A DNA stretch of 61,821 nucleotides, the filler included, from Archaeoglobus sp. JdFR-37 (GTDB taxonomy: Archaea > Halobacteriota > Archaeoglobi > Archaeoglobales > Archaeoglobaceae), in NCBI GenBank assembly GCA_002010215.1. It is 3 parts of 3 records of this genome, joined end to end, with 100 filler letters (N's around TTAATTAATTAA, not from the genome) between each part and the next. Parts side by side here need not be neighbours in the genome. Positions count along the whole stretch, not along the records: positions 41,623 to 61,821 come from MTMY01000049.1; 2 more parts are not named here. The stretch is one strand, 5' to 3'. A program made the position numbers and the translations under genes. Below the pieces are notes generated by a model. The model searched no databases. It was not told where the DNA came from and saw nothing but the letters and a program-made list of their open reading frames with translations. How positions within the stretch are numbered: position 1 is the stretch's first letter; the number at the start of each line of letters is the position of its first letter. Shown here piece by piece: positions 57,330 through 61,821 of the stretch.

Positions 57330-58130
57330 TTAAGTTGATTGAGAATTAGACAGGAATGTACTGGAAATCTCATCCGCCATCTTTTCAAAGTATTTCTTGC
57401 TGGGTGAGAGAAATCCCATTTTTGAGTGAAAGACTGTTCTACCAGCTAAAAATGCCTTTTTGAGATGACCATCATATGGGATGACAGCAAATACGTTCAT
57501 AGCTGCGAAATACTTCAGTTCAGAACCCCTGACCATATTTACAATAAATCCTTCATGATTAATTTTGCTAGTTTCCAGAAGTTTAAGAACTTTCATTGCA
57601 TCCATGTATGCTGGCCTAACATCTGCTGAGACTATGAAGACATGGTCGGAAAGCCTGACTGGGTAGAAAACGTATTTTGACAGTCCTGGAGCTGGGTCGA
57701 GAAGCAAGCAGTCATATCTGGTTTTTAAAAGAGATATGGCGTCGTTGAGTTTTTCGATGTTAATCTTCTTTTTGAAGTCCACTATTGATTCAGAAGGGGC
57801 AACATCAAAATGGGTATCTTTGACAAAGACTTTCCCGATGACCTCGTCAAGTTCTGCCTCACCGCCGAGATAATGGGTAAGCGTCGCTTCCGGAGCTTCA
57901 TCCAGAAACATATGGATATTGGGAAGTGCAAAATTTAAGTCCATTACTAGAACTCTTTTGCCTTTCAGAGCGAGAGCTGCTGCCAGATTTATGGTTATAG
58001 CAGTTTTACCAACTCCGCCCTTACCGGAGGGGAAGGAAATCACTTTGCCGCCCTGATATCTCAGCTTCAAGTATTCAGATACGATTCTGTCGAGTTTTCT
58101 TCCCAGTTCAGCCAAGCTCTCTGCTGTCAT
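57330..58130 (-). CDS. MinD/ParA-family ATPase
   Basis: Deviant Walker A SGKGGVGKT, VLVMD, LLDPAPG, IVNMV and IPYD. Confidence 0.9.
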   Translation of the reverse strand: MTAESLAELGRKLDRIVSEYLKLRYQGGKVISFPSGKGGVGKTAITINLAAALALKGKRVLVMDLNFALPNIHMFLDEAPEATLTHYLGGEAELDEVIGKVFVKDTHFDVAPSESIVDFKKKINIEKLNDAISLLKTRYDCLLLDPAPGLSKYVFYPVRLSDHVFIVSADVRPAYMDAMKVLKLLETSKINHEGFIVNMVRGSELKYFAAMNVFAVIPYDGHLKKAFLAGRTVFHSKMGFLSPSKKYFEKMADEISSTFLSNSQST

Positions 58131-58133
58131 GAT

Positions 58134-58646
58134 CTATAGAATCCTTGGGGACTTTCCTTCCACCTTTTTCTCTCTGATAATTCTGTGTTTTTCTACCATT
58201 TGGTTCCTGAATTGCTCGAGCTCTTTGGATAGCTTGACTATGAGGCCCCTCACTTCATCGATCTCTTTTTCCAGATTTTTCAGATCCTCAAGATCAACTC
58301 CAGGGCTGGAAACACCGACATCGCTGATATTCTTCTTCAGTTCATCAATCTGATTGTACAACTCGTTTCTGAGATTTGAAATTTCAGCGTTCAGGGAGTT
58401 GTTGAGATCTTCCACCACAGATAAAAAAGAGTTTTTGATATCCTCTACATTCTGACTTTTTTCTGTTGTTTGCATTCTGATATCTGCCAGCTCTTTTTCA
58501 AAAACTGACATCCTCTGCTCTAGTTCGGAAACTTTGTTAGTCACTTCTTTTATCGATTTCTCAACTGTTGGCAGGAACTCCTCAACTACCTTCCTCAATT
58601 CCTCAAATAATGCATCCCACTTCTCAAGTCTTTTCTCAAGCTCCAT
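58134..58646 (-). CDS. Coiled-coil protein of unknown function
   Basis: Continuous E/K/L heptad pattern; GGTGA RBS; ends 3 nt before the MinD/ParA start. Confidence 0.75.
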   Translation of the reverse strand: MELEKRLEKWDALFEELRKVVEEFLPTVEKSIKEVTNKVSELEQRMSVFEKELADIRMQTTEKSQNVEDIKNSFLSVVEDLNNSLNAEISNLRNELYNQIDELKKNISDVGVSSPGVDLEDLKNLEKEIDEVRGLIVKLSKELEQFRNQMVEKHRIIREKKVEGKSPRIL

Positions 58647-58705
58647 TATTTTTCACCGTTTACCGCCTACCGACTTATTGCTGCTTACTGACCACTTTCA
58701 GCAGC

Positions 58706-59773
58706 CTATTGTTTTACCCTCAAGCTTGAAATCAGCAGTGCACCTCTGGCAGAGGCTGTTAGCGGGCTCTCAGGGCATCTGACAGTTATTGCAACTCCCA
58801 ATGCATCTGAAATCTTTGTTGCAAATTTCTCCTTCAAGCCCGGGATCTCTGCCATTCCGCCTGCCAAGATAAATTCGGATTCCAATGCTTTCTTGTACAT
58901 CTTGAAGTTGAATTCCGCCAGAGATGGCAGGAATTCCAGGGTTAAGAAGTCCACTAAGCTGTCAAGGTACCTTTCCACTGGCTTATTTACCGCTTCGTCA
59001 ATCCTAAAGCTGTACAATCCTTTATCGAAGAGCTGGACAGTCTCTTGAACACTCTTCCACTCTTTGAGGTTTGCGTACTTTTCTTTATAGCTTCTAGCAG
59101 TTGAGAGGTCGATGTTTACTGCTCCTCTCGTCTCGTTCATTATCTCATTTTTGATCCATCTGTCTACAATGTCGCCAGACACTTCTCCGGTTACCATGCT
59201 GAATACGATTTCCCCCCTCCTTACAGCCACAACATCGGTGGTTGTGGAGCCAGCATTGATGACCACGAAAGTCTTATCAAGCATTCCAAGACCCTCTGGC
59301 AAGGCCAGAGCAGAGAGGAATGAATCATTCCATACTTCCTTGCCTACCCAGCCTAAAGGAACCTGACTTACAACTTTCTTGAAGAGGTTAACCCCTTCTT
59401 CCGCCTCTGTTGATGGAATTCCGTAGGTTACATAGGTATTTTCAGGAATACCATATTCGCTGGCAACTCTGGTCAGGAATATCTTAAGGAGTTCTGCTTC
59501 TTCCTCATTTCCCGGCAAACCACCCCTTAACATGTACACAGCCTCGTCTCCATAGAGTTCTGCAGCTTCGTTGCCTATTACATAGTCTTTTTCTCCAGTA
59601 ATCGGATTCTCCTTCTCCTTCACACATGTTTCGATGATGAATATATCATTCCCTTTTGCGATGACTGTTCTCTGAGAACCGACCTTTATGCCAACCGGGA
59701 CAACATTGCTTTCTGATTTGGTTTCGGATTCAGCTTTGGGTTCATTTATTTCAGCCTTTTCAGCCTCCCCCAT
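58706..59773 (-). CDS. Actin/MreB-superfamily protein of the salactin/volactin type
   Basis: Phosphate-1 GIKVGSQRT, phosphate-2 INAGSTTTD, VSGDIVD...VNIDLSTARSYKE, adenosine LAGGMAEIPG and connect-2 PLTASARGA. Confidence 0.85.
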   Translation of the reverse strand: MGEAEKAEINEPKAESETKSESNVVPVGIKVGSQRTVIAKGNDIFIIETCVKEKENPITGEKDYVIGNEAAELYGDEAVYMLRGGLPGNEEEAELLKIFLTRVASEYGIPENTYVTYGIPSTEAEEGVNLFKKVVSQVPLGWVGKEVWNDSFLSALALPEGLGMLDKTFVVINAGSTTTDVVAVRRGEIVFSMVTGEVSGDIVDRWIKNEIMNETRGAVNIDLSTARSYKEKYANLKEWKSVQETVQLFDKGLYSFRIDEAVNKPVERYLDSLVDFLTLEFLPSLAEFNFKMYKKALESEFILAGGMAEIPGLKEKFATKISDALGVAITVRCPESPLTASARGALLISSLRVKQ

Positions 59774-59871
59774 GACAACACCCAGAATTGAGTGATATGA
59801 ATTATATTTAAATCTTGTTAGTTTCTCCGTATAGTAACTTTATCCTTTTTTATTTTTTATAATTTATATTA

Positions 59872-61713
59872 TTACATTTGACTTTTAATCGTTTCAAGAA
59901 GGGATATGTTTAAATGGGATAGAAACTCCTGACTCATGATTATCTCCCGTATTCTCCGCGGGTTTCTGCCACCAACCACCAGTATCCACCAATAACCAAG
60001 GATGTTTAAGGGATCATTGGGCTCTTTCTTAAACCCTCTTCTAACTATCTCTGTCCATTCCGTATCGGATATAACATGATCTGGACAATAGCCGGCAAGT
60101 GTGTCTGCAATTCTTTGTTTTAACTCCTCATCGAAAAATCTGAGGACGTTTTCAATCCTAAAAGTTCCGTAACTTGGAGTGGGCACCGCTCTCCTCTTTT
60201 GATGGCTGTCCCTGAACATCCTTTCTGCACTATCAATTAGCCTGTCAATTGGAGTTTCCTCCACGATTTCCATATTGACTCCGAGGTTCATCGCCATGGT
60301 GTGCACCCAGTTCAGCTCGTCGAGGAGTCTGAACCCATCCTCGAAGTTAATGTAGGATTCCTGACTTGGAACACCTACAAAGTGGTGGAATACTGGTTTC
60401 CTGTTCCCGCTCTTTCTCAAGATCCTCCCCAGCCTCTGAATCAGCTGAAGCCTTGTTTTTGATGCAGAAACATTTATCCCGATCTCCGCATCAGGAATGT
60501 CTATTCCCTCATCCAACATCCTTGCTCCTATTAAGACCCCGTGGTCAGCTCTCCTGAATTCGATTATCTTCTCATTGACATCTTTGGCAACGTTTGAATG
60601 GACAACAAACACGTTCGATACTTCCTCTTCAACTCTGCCGGCAATCAGGTCGCAGCTCTCGATGTCCATGGCAAACACTATTACCTTCTTGCTCTTACCA
60701 TACCTCTTCGCAAGCTCTATGGCATTCTCAATCTTAGGAATCGACCTATGCACAATCCACCTTCTCTGCAAAATTAGCATCTGTAGTCTCTTCCAGTTTT
60801 CCGGCAATTCCATGCCTTTGAACCTTGCTCTCTCAATCAGCTTCACGAATTCGTGTATATCCTCTATTGAGGATTTTTCCCCGTTGGTAAGTTTGGAGAT
60901 GGTTTCCGAATCGTTTGAAACGTAATTAAAGAGCTGTGTTATCTTTCTGGATATCTCTTTGAACTCCCTTTCTTCTTTTACCGAAAGCTCCACAGGATGC
61001 ACCTTCCATTCAAAACTCGGTAAGACGCCTCGTTCAATAGCTTCCTTGAGGCCGAATCGAAATAGTACTGAAATATTCAGCCCTTTAATTATTCTGGACC
61101 TCTCACCCTCATCTGGAGATGCGGAAAGGCCCATGAACCATCTGTAATCAATGTTCAAAACCTTGCTGAATTCTGGAGCAGCTATGTGGTGGACTTCATC
61201 AACGATCAGAAGGTCGGCAGAATAGTTTTGTGGGCCACTTCTGATTACCTTCTGGATTGTTTCGAACTCAATTCTAACCCCTACACAGACCACCGGAATG
61301 GAGTATTCCGTGTAAATGTCACCGGCCAACCCGAGCTTATCTAACGTCTCCCTCCTCCACTGGTTGAGGATTGCCTTTGAATGAGCTAATACTAGGGCTC
61401 TGCATCTTTCACCCCTCTTCAAACCCTCTTTTGACAGCTCCTCAATGGCCATTAAACCCACGAGAGTTTTTCCTGTGGCTGTGGCCATTTCAACGACGCC
61501 TACTCTTCCCTTCTTTTTCCATGCCTCAAACGCCTGCTTTTGATGGTCCCAGGGTAAAAGCAATACAACCGGCCTTTTGATCAATTCCCCAGCTTTTTCA
61601 GGTTCCAAGGAAGACAGCTTCCTCTGAAACTTCCTGATCAGATTGAAATCCTTTAGCTGGGAATAGAGTTCGAGAAAGAACAGATCGCTGCCAGGCATAA
61701 AGATCCTGCTCAA
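59872..61713 (-). CDS. SF2 DEAD/DEAH-box helicase (XPB/Ssl2-like) with an unknown C-terminal domain
   Basis: WDHQKQA, MATATGKT, DEVHH, SAS, LDEGIDIP and QRLGRILR; start uncertain. Confidence 0.88.
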   Translation of the reverse strand: MSRIFMPGSDLFFLELYSQLKDFNLIRKFQRKLSSLEPEKAGELIKRPVVLLLPWDHQKQAFEAWKKKGRVGVVEMATATGKTLVGLMAIEELSKEGLKRGERCRALVLAHSKAILNQWRRETLDKLGLAGDIYTEYSIPVVCVGVRIEFETIQKVIRSGPQNYSADLLIVDEVHHIAAPEFSKVLNIDYRWFMGLSASPDEGERSRIIKGLNISVLFRFGLKEAIERGVLPSFEWKVHPVELSVKEEREFKEISRKITQLFNYVSNDSETISKLTNGEKSSIEDIHEFVKLIERARFKGMELPENWKRLQMLILQRRWIVHRSIPKIENAIELAKRYGKSKKVIVFAMDIESCDLIAGRVEEEVSNVFVVHSNVAKDVNEKIIEFRRADHGVLIGARMLDEGIDIPDAEIGINVSASKTRLQLIQRLGRILRKSGNRKPVFHHFVGVPSQESYINFEDGFRLLDELNWVHTMAMNLGVNMEIVEETPIDRLIDSAERMFRDSHQKRRAVPTPSYGTFRIENVLRFFDEELKQRIADTLAGYCPDHVISDTEWTEIVRRGFKKEPNDPLNILGYWWILVVGGRNPRRIREIIMSQEFLSHLNISLLETIKSQM

Positions 61714-61821
61714 TCTAGTGGATGAGGTCAGCGTAATGTATCCTTTGTATTCCCGCTTCCAGCTCTTTGAGGCTAAGCCTGAAGGTGAGGGCTATAAGCT
61801 GAGCATCAAGCAGGGCGAAGT

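Noticed and set aside
61714..61821. Possible gene fragment at the window end (+ strand MYPLYSRFQ... or - strand ...RIHYADLIH*)
   Set aside because: Too short to decide strand or frame.
1..61821. tRNA, rRNA, transposase or integrase genes
   Set aside because: None recognised by eye; tRNAscan-SE, Infernal and ISEScan would be needed to exclude them.

Overview
Archaeal DNA, most likely from the Archaeoglobales (Archaeoglobus/Ferroglobus/Geoglobus-like). The assignment rests on the fqoJKMLNABCDHIF gene order, AMP phosphorylase, DTD2, a GPN GTPase and TATA-type promoters. The window is three contigs joined by artificial N-TTAATTAATTAA-N spacers (20720-20819 and 41523-41622), so adjacency across those points means nothing. 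Contig 1 carries the 3' part of a multiheme cytochrome c built from tandem heme units and ending in CxxCK, a heme-type radical SAM/SPASM gene, a complete F420H2:quinone oxidoreductase operon, a DsrE-TusA-SQR-DUF1641 sulfur module and an orphan Pycsar-effector-like membrane gene. Contig 2 carries an anaerobic benzoyl-CoA degradation region (bzdNOPQ, a short BzdV-like protein, a BzdM-like ferredoxin, a Dch-like hydratase, thiolase/DUF35, Lrp). It also has a shared palindromic operator candidate, 31-bp direct repeats, gpsA and an AOR/ferredoxin/DHH operon. Contig 3 carries housekeeping genes, a decayed vapBC, an active/inactive pair of class III CoA-transferases and an SF2 helicase. The most striking candidate system, also on contig 3, is an operon encoding a salactin/volactin-type actin homologue, an unknown coiled-coil protein and a MinD/ParA ATPase. 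All family calls come from motif recognition by eye; no database searches were run.
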